A stretch of DNA of 64,000 nt from Phoronis australis (Eukaryota > Animalia > Phoronida): assembly GCA_002633005.1 (NCBI GenBank), contig NMRA01000275.1, positions 1 to 64,000 of the forward strand, written 5' to 3'. The translations under genes were made by a program, and so were the position numbers. The notes below the pieces were generated by a model that saw nothing but the letters and a program-made list of their open reading frames with translations, searched no databases and was not told where the DNA came from. Positions 1-13,060 of this stretch are shown here, one piece after another; positions within the stretch are counted from its first letter, which is position 1; every line of letters starts with the position of its first letter.

Positions 1-176
1 CACCGAGCAGAGGGAAGGTCGCGAGGGTGTTTCTCCCCACCCGTGTAAGATTTTTTTTGTTTTTTAATATCTGATTTCGTTTTCTTGGAAACTGCTTTTT
101 TTATTTTTTTATTTTTAATCGTGTCCCTGGGGGAGGGTTGAACCCATGAACCCCCTCCCCGTAGATCCGCCTCCGC
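1..176. mobile_element. Truncated end of a GC-rich MITE (…CCCCGTAGATCCGCCTC terminus)
   Basis: The end motif resembles the …AAATCCGCCTATG end of the complete MITE at 51592-51922; the other end lies outside the window. Confidence 0.35.
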
Positions 177-1175
177 AGTAGAACTACAAGTGGTACTTGA
201 ATTCATTGTTATCTCTTGGACCTTACTGGGTTCTGGTTTTATCTGTAGGTTTTGAAGTTTCTTCGTTTATGTAGGACAATGCTTTGTTTAACATCTGCAT
301 AAAAATACTGAGATTCGGAGTGTATTGTTAAAATAGGTATTTCGGGTCTTCAGTTGTCTCACTGGTTCAGCTATATAATTTCTAGCTGCTGTTCACGTTA
401 CCACAGAAAGCTTGCCATTGCTATAAACTGTGTGTCAGTTTGAGCCATATCCCTCAAATTGTTTATTCAATGCAACTCTTGGAAAGTAGTCCCATACAGT
501 CAGTTGTGGTTTTCAGTATGGGTCTGATGTGTCTGTCAGCAATTAGCCTGTTGTTTATTGTAGTTAGATATTGTTTATGATAAGGGCCTGAAAATTCTGA
601 GACCAGGCGAACTTTCGTCATGTGGCGTATTTGAATCATACTCTTGACCTTATGGATTTGAGATTAATAAAAATCTGCTGCCATTTATGACGAGTAATAC
701 CAGATTGATCAGTGTTATTGTCTGTTTTCCACTTTAATGCACCTATTTTGACTAGATGGAAAGGGTAATTAAGTGTGGCAGTTAAGCATTCCCTTAGAGA
801 AGAACTCCACAAAACAGATGAGCTGTGGTGTTGGTGGGAAGTTGGTACCAGTTGATTGGTTCAGCCCCATAACCTAACAACATATTAAGTGTCTGGTCAT
901 ACAACAAACTTCCACTCGATACTCTCCCCAACATTGTATCCAATAGCTCACATCAAGTTCATACACTGATTGTTAGTACAATTAATTTTTTTTTTCAGGT
1001 CTTAAAGTCTTTATCTCAAACGGCAATCTAGTTCAAAAACTTAAAAAGATACACCAAATTATAATAAATAATATATAACATGGCATAATCTTCACCTTCT
1101 TGCTGTAATCAAACTAAAAGCCTTTTTGAGCACAATTTTGTACCTCAGCCAAGATCAGAAAATCATCAACTATTC

Positions 1176-4100
1176 TATGGGCAGCAAAAAGGTTCAAAAT
1201 AGACACCAGTGCCAAATAAACAAGTGGTTTGACAAACAGACAAGTGGTTTGTTAAACAGACAAGTGATTCGTCAAATAAACAGGTCAAGAATGCTATGGT
1301 TTTCCAAACAGACAAGTCAACTTCGCAGATTTTGTCGGATAAACAAGTGCCTACTGTTGAACAAACAAGTAAGTTGGCAAATGATTATGTAGGTTGCCAA
1401 ACAGACAAGTAACCTTGTAGGCTCAACTTGTCGAACAGACAAGTCATCTGTTAAACGAACAAGACAAACACGGCAAACGAACAGAGGACGCCACTTGAAA
1501 ACGAATGACGTCACGGAGTCTCAATCTGACTGATCCCCGAACCTGCATTACGTTATTTTTATTTTGGAATGGGACAAAAACTGGTGAGGCTTTACTGCGA
1601 GTTTACTACGTAAGCCAACTGCTTTGCGCCAGTGGACGCTTTGAAGCTGTAGCTGAAAGGTAAGATCAGGACTATTTCTGCTTTATTCTGTAGAATTTGC
1701 ATTGCAATCAATATAATAGAGTAAAACAACTGCTTAATTGTTAAGAAACAACACCTTTCATGTTTTGTTAATTGGCAGACATCAACCTGAATCATCATAA
1801 TACAGTTTATATGCCTTCTGAAATAAAATGATAAATGACGCAGGGTATCTGTTTTACATCGTATTTAGCCATCTTGTCGAACTTAAGTTTTGCATTCCTA
1901 ACCTCAGACCAACAAGTGAGGTCAACGGTCGTGTTATTGAAGGTAGCACAATGTACCTCAAGTACTGCATGCGCCGCAATCCCCGAGCTTCCGTCTCAGG
2001 TCAGGGGTTCCATACAAGGCGGGCCGTCCGGTTCATGGTAACCCCTGAACTTATAAATACGTAAATGTATGCATGCATTTATGTTTGAATGTAGATATTT
2101 ATGCATGTATGTATTCATATGTATTCAGGCTTTTGAAAATGAAAGAACTCCGTTACTTGCCTTCGTGTTAAATTGTATTTCAGAAAATAGCCTTTGCTAT
2201 GCAATATAGAGTTGAATACCAGTTACAGAACGATTGAAGACACTAGTGTGTCCGACCATTTTGGAAACGTTCACTGAGGTGAGAGTAAAAGCCATAGTGA
2301 CCTATATTTTTAATTGTTGCAGATGTGTTCAGAATTATTCGCTCTGTAGCTAAAAGACTGGCTTCATTTGTTTTTTTTTTTCGTTCACTACTTAATAGTG
2401 CAACAACTTTATTTTTCTTTGGCAATTTATACAACACAAATTCCTTGCAGACATCTTTCACGGTGTCAATGTGCCAGCGTTTGCACTTTAATACTTTTTA
2501 CATAAATGAACGCTTACGACAAACGATGAAGCATGTGCGTCAGCTTAACAAACACTGTGACTGTTGTTTTTGGTACATCCCATGGATTTTGGTTTAGTGA
2601 GTTTGATTTGGTCACTTTATTTCTTGACAGGATGGAGTCTCAGAATTTGGTATCGATGCTACCACACTGCCTGCACCACACAATAATGAAGAAGGTGTAG
2701 TTGTACAGAGTATTCAAAGTCCCCTAACGGAAGAGAGAGTGTTGCTGAATGACCAGATAGAAGCCATCCCATTAAGGAAATCTCCAACCTTATTCACAAA
2801 AATTGGCCATTTTTACAATATTTCACGTGCGTCTAGAAAAATACCTTCATTCTCGGGGAACTTCTAATACAAAATATACACTGCGTAGGTAGAAAAAATA
2901 TGATTTAACAGAACCACCTTGAAACCGCACAATGTACTTTTGTTGTGCATTGGCAGTCAGACACGACATATAGCCTCGAATACATTGTATTGCATGAGGA
3001 TTTTGTTTTCTTGTACTGTACTCTTTCTTGTTTGAAACACCGCAACTTGGGCTTTTTTCACGGGCGTCGAAGAATGCATTAGTGAGGGACACGTCCACTA
3101 GCGAAGCCAAACTATTAACTGTATTAACATGTTAGACAAGGCAAACAGTGATCAAGGCTATGAAATGTTTCGAACAGTGACCAAGGCTATGAAATGTCTT
3201 AAACTCTATCAGAGGCATGTTTTAAAGATACAAAATATCAGAACGACTGATCACATGCAATTCTTCGCGTTCGCTTCTAATTTTTAACCTGTTCATCAAG
3301 ATTTTAAAATATACTTCTTCGATCTACATTTTGCCGTGACGAATTAAAGAATAATTTTCTCATTAAATCGGTATCACAATGCGCCTTTTTTATACAGGAT
3401 TTCATTTCCATTACCAACAAGAACATCGAAACCATCATCTACTCAAGTAGCACTTCATAGTTTACTGTATTTGGTTATTCCTATTTCGAACATGGCGCGT
3501 GTAAGCCTGTGCATCCCACTTGATTTCAGCTGGTAACAGAAATGGAATCAGAAGTAAGAAATATTCGATTTTTAGAACGCTTAACGGGGAAATGCAGCCG
3601 TTTTTCAAACTACAGTTTTTACATTGCGTTATCAAAGTCTGCTCATTAGACAAGAATTTCCCCAAGTTCACTTTGCTGCTTTCATTACACTGAACTTGTT
3701 CAAACAAAGTGCATTTGAAAAATGCTTGAATTGTTAAAGCTGTCACAGTTCGACACTTGGAAACTCAGTCGGATTTTTTAACGTACTTCTTACTGAAGAT
3801 GTGTTTACATGGGCACTCGCTGTGCCGAATCATTTACAGGTGCGTCGCTAAAGTGCGTAGAGCAACAGGAGATTCATTCAGCATTAGTGAAGATTTTGAG
3901 CGTCAAATTTTTAACCGCAAATTTTGTCGAATTTCGACGATGACAATTTTTTATGAACTACTGTGTACGCATGTGTAGTACGAGCGTCTTACTCAATACA
4001 CCTTCGACGAAGTAATTTGACCCAGTTCTCAAAAAATAACTTTAACCCTTGTATTAATTAATATCCAGTGATATTTTGAGCTTGAACATTGTATTTCATC

Positions 4101-5110
4101 CATAAAAAAAGAAATTCAAATTGTATTTTTGTGAACTTCGAGTACCGAGCGAGTCAGAAAGGAAAGCTTGTGATTGCGACACATTTTAATGCCGAACAGC
4201 ACCCAAAAACCTATCCGTTGTCAGATAAAATGAGCAAATGAAAGTAACTCAAACTGAAGCTACCGAGGTGTTTCATTTTCAACGATATTTTGAGAAACAT
4301 GATTGAAGAAAGTGACATAAACGGTGTTTTTCAAACTTTAAAACAAAAAGTAGGCCTATGTTGCATGGTGTACTGCAAAACTAACTTCGTTAGTACTGCG
4401 AATACAGGACCACATCAATTTCAACTTCCGTCAAAGAAGAGGATAGCCCAGCAATATGTAATCACAAAGCAACAAACCTGATCACACATGATTGCATGCC
4501 ATAATATTAACGGTTTGAATAACGATTAATTGGCGGGGTGGCCGAACCAATTTACGTACGTGTTCGTGAAACAGTTCAATCTTGGCAGCTTGGTTTAAAC
4601 AAGCAAACGCATCACGATTCCATAAATTCATTTAAGAATGGTCGATGACAAATTGAGTACAGTCCTATGAAAGAAATTCTTCACTGCAACAGACCACCAA
4701 AACAACTTTTTGGAATTTTTGTGCTCATTTCGGGGCTCATGACTTCGTGACGTCAACTATTTCTTGAGTTGGGACAGCGCCCTCTGTCCTGTCTGTTCGA
4801 GTACTACATCTGTTTGGCAAGACCAACATGTCCATTCGATGACTAACCTGTCTGTTTGGTAGAAGTGACCTGTTCGTTCGACAAGTAACCTGTTCGTTTG
4901 GCGCGAGTAACCTGTCTGTTCGGCGCAACTAACTTGTTCGTTCGCTAAATAACCTGTCTGTTTGTCGAAAATTAACCAAATAACCTGTCTGTCAAAATTT
5001 AACTAACTAACCTGTCTGTTTGCCAAAACTGAACCAAATAACCTGTCTGTTTAAAAAGTAACTTGTTTATTTGGCAGTGTTGTCTATTTTGAACCTTTTC
5101 GCTGCCCATA
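1176..5110 (+). mobile_element. IS3EU-type DNA transposon, internally degenerate
   Basis: Termini TATGGGCAGC…GCTGCCCATA; ~360-bp imperfect TIRs (1176-~1540 and ~4730-5110) built of tandem AAACAGACA(A/G)GT units; exact 6-bp TSD CTATTC (1170-1175, 5111-5116). TAY..RTA ends with a 6-bp TSD are the known IS3EU signature. Confidence 0.8.
2631..2780 (+). pseudogene. Remnant C-terminal exon of an IS3EU-like transposase
   Basis: After the acceptor ttcttgacAG it reads DGVSEFGIDATTLPAPHNNEEGVVVQSIQSPLTEERVLLNDQI, resembling the recalled YGID..P…VVV…PL tail of these transposases. Confidence 0.45.
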
Positions 5111-6924
5111 CTATTCTTGTCTATTTCAATGACCAGAGTTCCTGTGCATCAGTACAGGAACAATTCCTGAATGACTGTTATGTTCTTGAAAATGTATTGA
5201 TGTCACAGTGAGCGCAAATAAGCTGTTATTTTTTTGGTTGTTTTTGATTCTAATTTTTATTTTTAATACAAATTTGATTATTTATTGTCTAAAGTTTACC
5301 AGTTTTTGCATATGACGAATGGTTTTATGATAAGCTTGTGAAGTACGGTGCATCTTCCGCAGTCAACACTCACCTACTAAAGTCAGTCCTGACTCATCAC
5401 GAGGGTATCTCAAATTTCAGTGACAGTACCCGTTTAGGTAATAAATTAAAGGAAAAAATTTCTAGACCAACAAATGTCTTATTTTTATCGCACTATCGTG
5501 AAACTGATGCAAAGTAGCGGCGTGGAGTGAGCAATTGCCGTGTGACTATGTGGACATGTGAGCGCATTTCTGTGTACTTGGAAGCAAATAGGCACCAGCT
5601 TTACTGGCCATTAACAATGAAAGATAGAAAAAAACATTCACAAACAGCCATGTTTCAACAAACAAGAACTAGCTAAATTGGCTTTGATGTTCAATTATTA
5701 GGGAAAATACTTTTTAAATGCGACAAAAACTTACAATATAATGGCTCTGTTGTCTAAATATAAAAATTCCGTGATTAAAAGCAAACAGGGGGGGGGGGTG
5801 TAGTGAATTCTAGTCAGTGAGCTGAATGTCAGAGATGGAAAAATATTGCAGTGTTACGAGCATGACGCATTATATTTTAATCTCTTTCATACACCAATTT
5901 CACCATTCAAGGCCCGGGCCGCTAATTAATGTGTTCATATTGCGCCGCGGAGCACATCTGACACGTTCACAGGCCAGGCAGTCCGACTCTGCCGGGCAGT
6001 AGTTTATACGAATGCTTCTGGCTGAGTGAGAGTTATTCCCTTAAGTTCATTATTGACAACCAGTAAAACCCGCTTAGCCTAGTTGCCACATATAGTTGGC
6101 ATTGTTCTACAGCAGACGAGTGAAATTTTATTTTCTCGCTTAAACACACACTCTGGGAGTTCGAGAGTGCGCATTAAAGGTAGCGAACACAATACTGCTA
6201 TTGTAAAAATTCCCGAATTTAGGACAGTCTCCTCATTTTCGGACACCTAAATCCAATCCTAAACTGAATTTTTTCGATTCTGAAATGTGGGACACGGTCA
6301 AATTTGGCACTCACCATATTTCTCAGATTTCGGACACAACAATTTTAGCACCATTGGACGTAATTCTCATATTTTGGAAAGTGCGTTTTTTCAAATGAAT
6401 GGTGATTATTTACACATCATTTAAATTTGCCAACGGTGTAATGTATTGACTGATGTCGCAGTCTATAGTTATCAATGTGGATGATTTGTGCATATCTTGC
6501 ACATTTTCTTGGCAGTCGTAATCATGGAATATTTGCCATGCTTGATTGCAGTTTCACTATGCCAATGAAATGCATATTCTCCGACTTTCGCGTTAATCGC
6601 TAGTGCCACGCTTTGTTTTTGGATTAACAGCTAATAATAAGTACCAGTGATGAGACCGTTGTGTTACCAAGTCGAATCCCGGGTTCACGTCTTCAATATT
6701 TAACCTTCCTCGCGGCGCCTTGACCTCCGCTATGCCATGCGCCTGAATTGGCGAAACGATGCTGTTTATTGTGAAGTTAAAACAGACTTTGGGAAAAACA
6801 AAAATCAATGTCCTAGTTTGTCGTGCAGTATATGGTAAAATGTTCATGTTGTAAATATATCTTTATGTCTCTCTGTAACTGACATTCTATTTACTAGCCT
6901 ACTTTGTATCTACCCGTACTCATC

Positions 6925-7410
6925 CAGGGTAACCGCTTAAATTGGGAATCTAAAAAACAGGGGAAGGGCGATAAGCCGAGCATGAGCAGTTAAAATTAAG
7001 TCGGGAGAGGGTACTTACTGCACAGAGGACTGACTTTTATCCTCACGGAGCTACACTGATGTCGGACTTCTAAGTATGTTAGTTAAAATATTCATCAACG
7101 GATTGAAATAACAGACTTTGACAGCTTGAAGTGGAATAGTACACACGATACAGTGGCGCCGTGATCCCCAGTGTGACTGGGTTTTTACGTAGATTGGTCG
7201 CTGCTCTTTATGTCTTAGAACTAAGGTAGGTGTGCATTCAGTGGGACAAATTTCCTGAGAGAAAAGCAAGATCATGCAAGACTCCACTAGTTCGCCATGA
7301 ATTTCTAAGGGAAGCGCATTATTTTGTTGAGATTTGCTCATCACTAGACACTTAGGCAACCAAACACGTGCTAATGATTGACAGGTCTTAATTCTTTGAA
7401 CCTTAAGTTT
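6925..7410 (-). repeat. Interspersed repeat, also at 22855-23375 (inverted, diverged) and 45305-45800
   Basis: Shared sequence, e.g. the conceptual translations EQRP.YV.TQS..GSRRHCIVCT, and GGGAATCTAAAAAA. Confidence 0.75.
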
Positions 7411-8779
7411 GAAAGCCAACACCGTGGGACCTTATTTACATTATCTACTTCGCTGGAAAGCTGTTTAGGCGGGATTGTTTGAGTGACAGGTGACTCATAA
7501 GTATGTCGCACCCGCTGCAGGCTCGTAGCCAGGGGGGTTCGCGGGGTACGATATCGAACTCCCCGCCTCCGAGGAAAAGGTCCAGCCCTAGCCTATCCCA
7601 TAGGATAAAATAAGATTTATATGGACAACAAAATTGTTGCAACTACTATGCAACTTAATATTAATTTTGAATTTGTTTCCTTGTAAAGCGCTTCACATAG
7701 TCAATGAGTCGTATCCAGCCCGAGTGGTGACTGCATAGATGACGATTAGAAGAGGCTTGATGTTATTCATCGGCATTGAAAAAGCGAGTGGTCTCTACAC
7801 GATAGGGTAATAAGTCTACAAGTAAATGCCTATGCCTAGCTCAAACCATATAGCATTGAGAGAGCTCCCCAAAGTAGAATGCCTTAAAATCGACAAAAAA
7901 AAAATAAAACAGCAGAATTGAAAAGGTTTGTTATTTGCTACTTTGGTGTACTTTCTAGCATAGTATGGATACAGTGCAGGCATTTTCAAATTTCGAATTG
8001 AAAGTGATCGTCAAATATATAGTTCATCAAGTGTCCACTTAGATTGTGGATTGATGGATTGACGTGCGTGTGTGTACACGTGTGTGCGTTTCAGTTCTTT
8101 TAAATTCACTACACGCCGACAGTAAGTTCACCGACTACTCAGTCATTTCTCAAAAATCATACATTTAGCTACCGTGTTTTCTGCACTGATAAATCCCCGA
8201 ATGTTCACATTGTTAGGTAAGTCTAGACCTAATTAAAACTTTGATCAAAGAAGAAAGTCTTCTCTATAGATCAATGTCAATGGTGCACAGCCTCGCAGAT
8301 TTCATACAAGCAACAATCTTGTGGAAAAAGATTTCCAAGGTTACATGGAAGGTTTACTACTCAGAAGGCTTGCTACCTTCGGAAGTTCACTACTTCAAAC
8401 GTCCACAATATTCCGAAACCAGAACTCCGACAGTTCATTACTCTGATTTTCTACTAATGATTCAGAACTGACATGCATAAAGTGTCGCATTTGTGTCTAT
8501 TTAACGTAGAAAATAAATCTGAAACTAAATAAGGCTATCCAGATCCTCCAAAGGATACTATTGTTTCATGAAATGTAGAATATAAATCGGTAATCATTTA
8601 CAGGGTGTGCAAGAGTTGAATAGTCTCAAAATGTTGATTTACATTGTTTACAGAAGAGCCCAGTTCCAATCACTGGCAATCGTTATTCTTGAATCTAACT
8701 ACAGACTCATTCTCAATTAGGGACATATCATCTGGGGCATGCGTCAGAGATGTGGCGACCATCGGTGGTTTAAATTTAA

Positions 8780-11462
8780 AGTCCTTGTTGCAAACTGCCC
8801 ATGTGGTTCTAGTATCCGAAAATACTTACTACATAAAATCTTATTTTCGACACCCTTTCTTTACATTGTTTTCGCCTTTCTTGCCAAAAGCGATTTTTCA
8901 ACTGTATTTGACCCTTTTCTCTGAGCGTATGATTACCGGTTGTCATCGGTTGTTTCCGTACCCACATTTCCGGCTCATCAGTTCAGGAACTTGTCCTGAA
9001 CGCTGCCATTTTTTCCTTGTAACTGAATGTGCTATGGCTTGCTCGAAAAGTCTTCATTATATTGTTTTATTAGTAATATATCGTGATTCGTTTGCATATG
9101 TAGTGTATTTATAGTTTGTAGTTTGTGGTCGTTGATTTTTTTTGGAATGTTACGCGTACTTAGTTTACTATGGTTACTGAACCAATGGCACGTAGACACA
9201 CTTGCTCACAATGCTGATAATGTAACGTCTGAGGTTACTAGTACCTTCCAACACGTAAAGAAGCAAACTAGGAGTTGTAATAACTGCACAACAACAAAGG
9301 AAAAAACACAGATAGACTGGGAGTTGACCGTCTCCTCCCAACGCTAAGGAAAGAAATCACTATGCAGGAGTTGTGGCACAGCTTGTGGACGTCGTTGGAC
9401 ATCGAGGACTTTAGTTGCCCAAACTGTAATAGTCTCAGTGGCCAGCTCACATGGTCATTAGTAAAACCGCCAAAATATCTTTGTATTCATATCTTACGAA
9501 CCGCGACTAATGGTGAAAAAATCTACACAAAGATTTCCTCGTATGACCTCTCCGGTTACAAAATAAAAGCAGTCATTGAACACCATGGAAGAAAGACGAC
9601 GGGTGGTCATTATACATGCTGTGTTAAATCGTCAGCATGGGAATGGATAAATTTTGACGACTCTACAGTCACAAGTACATCCAAGCCTCCCCTGGATGCC
9701 TACATTGCAATATATGAATTATAAACCAACAATGGAAATCAACATAAAAAATATGGCGCAATTTCAACATCAACGTCGCATATCACATCTGACGCAGCCA
9801 AGTAAAGTTATTTTTTGAAATTCATCCTGGTACGGGAATTGGGGATAGTTAGGCCTATAAAAGATCTTTAACCCAGCCGCAGAGCGTCTAAAGCCGCGCA
9901 CCGTACCAGTGACTGCTGGCAACTCATCGGAGACTCAACTTAACATCCTTCGCCGCAGAGATAACAACTCTTGGGCTGTCTCCGGTGAGTCCATTATTTG
10001 TTGAATGATGTTTAGATAAAAAAATAGCATTGGTGTTTAGTTCCTTACGTAGGCCGGTCGAACCTAGGAACCAATATGGGTCGAACCTATTTTTTCCAGT
10101 TTTATTTTTTTCCTCGTTTTGAAATAGTACTTTGCTATCATCGGAAAGGTAGTACATTCTACTTAGTAAAAATCGAAAAAGTATCAAAATCGGGGCAAGC
10201 ACTGTAAAGTTATTGCAAGTTTTGTGGCGAAATTTGGGTCACTTTGTTTGGATTGCATCGGCCATATTGGAGGACAGCGGGATGAGTTACGAGTTTAAAA
10301 CTTTGTGTAAATTGTTTTCGCCAACAAATTACGGTGAAATTTACTTAGACATATCTTTACTTACTATTCTGCACGATTCAACAGTGTTCACCAAATTTCA
10401 GCCTCGCAGTTGTTACTCATTAAGAGATAAATGTGCTCACAATTCCGGTTGGACTTCGTCTCATTTCTGGCGGCACCTACGATGTCGACTTCTGCTGAAC
10501 TGAAAGGCATGTTCAATCGGCTACTTTGTAATTTGTGAAGATTTAACGTTGATACATTTTGACAAACGTTGCTACAAAAAAGAAACTTTGTTCAATTTTC
10601 GTGTTTTTTGTGTTTGTGGCCAGTGACCAGTTAGGCCTAAGGGTAGTCTTGGCGCAAAGCTGCCTCCCGTTCAGTAACGCTGGGACCTCGCTAAAAAGCA
10701 AGACTTCGCGAGAATACGTGAGATTTCTCCGTGTATTTTGAATAAGAACACGTGATTTTGACTAGGTTTTAGCTAGGTCCTAGCGTAGGTCCTAGCGTCT
10801 ACTGAACGTACGCCTGTATAGGCCTACTAACAAGCTGTAATTTGACTAAAGTCTTCACTGGTTGCTGGTGACTGAGGCTAACTAAAGTCTGCCGCGGCAG
10901 TGTTACACAGGACTAACCAGCCCGTAATTTCATGCAAGTATCTGAAACTACCCTTGAATATTATGCAGCATTTATCATTTGACCATTTTACTTCGACAAA
11001 ACAGCTTGCAAGCGCATGCATTTACCGTTCGCCAGTGTCTGGTCTCGATCCGCACCGGGTCCGATAGGCTGCGGTCCCGAGTCCGGCAAAATAATTTCTG
11101 TCAAAATTTATTCGCCACATTTCTTCAGCAAATTCGATAAAATTGTCTGTAGTTTGATTTTATTAAAATTAAGGCGCGCTGTAGATCATTTTATCCCCGT
11201 TTGCTGGCTGGTAACAGTACACGCACTGCTCGAGTCGCACTGACGGCGTTTTCTCGGCCTGGGTTCCTGAATGAATTGTACTTCCGGGTTCGCGGCAAGT
11301 TCAAAATGGCGGTGTTTCTGCGGGTGCGAATCGTGAGTGGCGCGTTCATTTAAACTGTTTTCGAGTATGGATCGTGTATTAGTTATGGGGTAGGTACTTC
11401 TTGGATCCTTATAACATCTTCTAACCATGTAATAAGGGTTAACAACGCGTGAGACAAGGACT
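8780..11462. mobile_element. Kolobok-like non-autonomous DNA transposon (2683 bp)
   Basis: TTAA TSD (8776-8779, 11463-11466); TIR AGTCCTTGT…ACAAGGACT plus an imperfect subterminal inverted motif; the paralog has a single TTAA at 47118-47121 (empty site). RR..YY ends with TTAA fit Kolobok rather than piggyBac (CC..GG). Confidence 0.85.
9165..9724 (+). pseudogene. Ubiquitin-specific protease (peptidase C19) fragment, 5'-truncated, one frameshift
   Basis: LLWLLNQWH (helix after QDAxEF), RSCNNC and FSCPNC zinc-finger pairs, KPPKYLCIHILR, His box YKIKAVIEHHGRKTTGGHYT, WINFDDSTV, AYIAIYE. Frameshift near 9330 joins ORFs 9123-9347 and 9362-9724. No Cys box seen. Confidence 0.85.
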
Positions 11463-11871
11463 TTAAGAAGACTGAATGAGACTTCGTGAAGACTGGCAGG
11501 GAGAGGGTAGCCTACTAAGTACATTTAGTTTCGATCTGACCGTGCGAGTATATCCAATGGGAGAGGTTGAAGCGCAGCGGCCCTAAACTTTTCTGTCACG
11601 CGGTGAGATAATGCGATCTTGACATGGGATTGATGATTGTCTCGTGGTTGATAATTCATCAACATTCCTACCTCATATTCTTTTAGAAATGGAAGCACAT
11701 ACTCATTTTTCCATATTCGTAAGACATGCGGACAATTTCATCCTAACAAATTGATTTATTAGCCAGGTGTATTTTTGTCAGTATATTTGCATCTAATAAT
11801 AGAAGTGTCACTTATTTTTGCATGTAACTATATAACAGTTACACCTGAGTAAGAAATTTTAGATATTTTCG

Positions 11872-11954
11872 GAGTAATGAACCTTCGAAGTGGTGAATCT
11901 TTGAAGTAGTGAACCTTCGGAATAGTGAACCTTTGGAATAACGGGCTGTTCCCA
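11872..11954. repeat. Tandem ~16-bp repeats (RTGAACCTTCGRA) ending in AACGGGCTGTTCCC; probable end of another nested element
   Basis: Four units visible; inverted related units near 8350-8460; paralog at 47525-47610. Confidence 0.55.
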
Positions 11955-12514
11955 TTTCCAGCGATGTAAGCAGCTTTTAACAAAACTACATGATGAAAAA
12001 TTACGTCAAGTCATGCTCAGACTAAATATTACTGTCCGAGTATATAACGAGGTGTAATCACTCATTTAAAAAGGTCTGATTTGAAAGTTTGGCAGGAGGT
12101 AACACGATAACATGAGGCCTATATTGATCATTACATCCAAATTTTAGTCCTGTTTTCTGCGAGCAATCGTCACGACATCCTCATTTCTGATATTACAAAT
12201 TCCGTATTATCTCAGGAACATAGAGCTGATAACCATCGTTGGCGTGGATACAGTTTTCCGTTCCCCATAATTAAGCTTCAAGCGCCTTACCAAAAAATCA
12301 AGTGTCAACGTTTGCAAAAGGTCCACCTTTCTAAAAATTCGAACCACTCCCCGCGCAATGCTAGCTACGAGCCTGCGCTGCCCAGAAATAAACCAGGGTT
12401 ACATATACTGCAGTCGCATCGTCTGCATGTGGTTTGTGAACAGTTAAACATGAAGATCTAAAGCACCAACGCATATAGCTAATAATCAGTCAAGGCATGT
12501 TATACAACAAATAT

Positions 12515-13060
12515 TTAATTACATTTTCCATCACAAAGTCTGGTAACCCGATTGTGTTCAGAGTCAGTAACATCACTGTTTATGTTTTTGAGACCTTGTT
12601 TGAATTTCTTGTCAGCATTAACGATCCTGAAAAAGTTGTTGGCAGCCGACTGTATAAATTCTAGGATTTCAGACACCAAAGATTTTGTCGTCTTTCTCAT
12701 ATTTCTAAAATTTTTGACAAGCTCAAAACAATAATTTTTTCGCTGTCTGAAATTCAGGAATTTTTACCATATGTCTTTATGAGGAAGAACAACGTCGTAT
12801 TATAGTATAAACAGCCTGAGAAGGTTTAAGAGCGTAAATGTCACACTTGTTACCTTAATATCGTAGACACAGTAATTGTCCACTTTGTTATCCAGATAGA
12901 ACTTGAGAGACTGCCTGTGTGCTAGGGGCATTTTTGTGCTGACGGCCATTTCCACAGCTGACTTAATCTCCAAGATGTTACCACGCAGATCTTTTTGACG
13001 TGACATCACATTGTACACAGCATCAACAAATGATGTGGGATGCAACTCTCTCTACATATT
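12515..13060 (-). pseudogene. Degenerate exon-like coding segment of an unknown gene (paralog 48170-48740)
   Basis: Acceptor-like tctttttcAG, then a long same-frame reading across ORFs 12800-13045 and 12515-12700 interrupted by stops. No recognisable domain. Confidence 0.3.

Larger units (their letters stand above)
7518..12375. mobile_element. Non-autonomous DNA transposon with 5-bp TSD (hAT5-like), host to nested insertions
   Basis: TIR CAGGCTCGTAGC…GCTACGAGCCTG; TSD CGCTG at 7513-7517 and 12376-12380; paralog at 45900-48030 with the same TSD. Confidence 0.75.

Noticed and set aside
1216-1490. Regularly spaced short repeats resembling a CRISPR array (also 4790-5072, 11872-11954, 20987-21093)
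   Set aside because: No unique spacers of proper length, no cas genes, eukaryotic context; explained as TIR subrepeats or minisatellites.
7051-7422. Conserved protein family suggested by similar ORFs at 7051, 22694-23188 and 45435
   Set aside because: Stops and frames differ between copies; the similarity reflects a non-coding repeat.
9362-9724. Functional stand-alone 120-aa deubiquitinase
   Set aside because: No catalytic Cys box, and homology continues upstream across a frameshift.
9868-11442. Nested piggyBac (TTAA-CCC…GGG-TTAA) inside the Kolobok-like element
   Set aside because: The inverted match does not extend beyond CCC/GGG.
8780-11462. KolobokP-type long terminal direct repeats
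   Set aside because: No several-hundred-bp direct repeat seen between the two ends.
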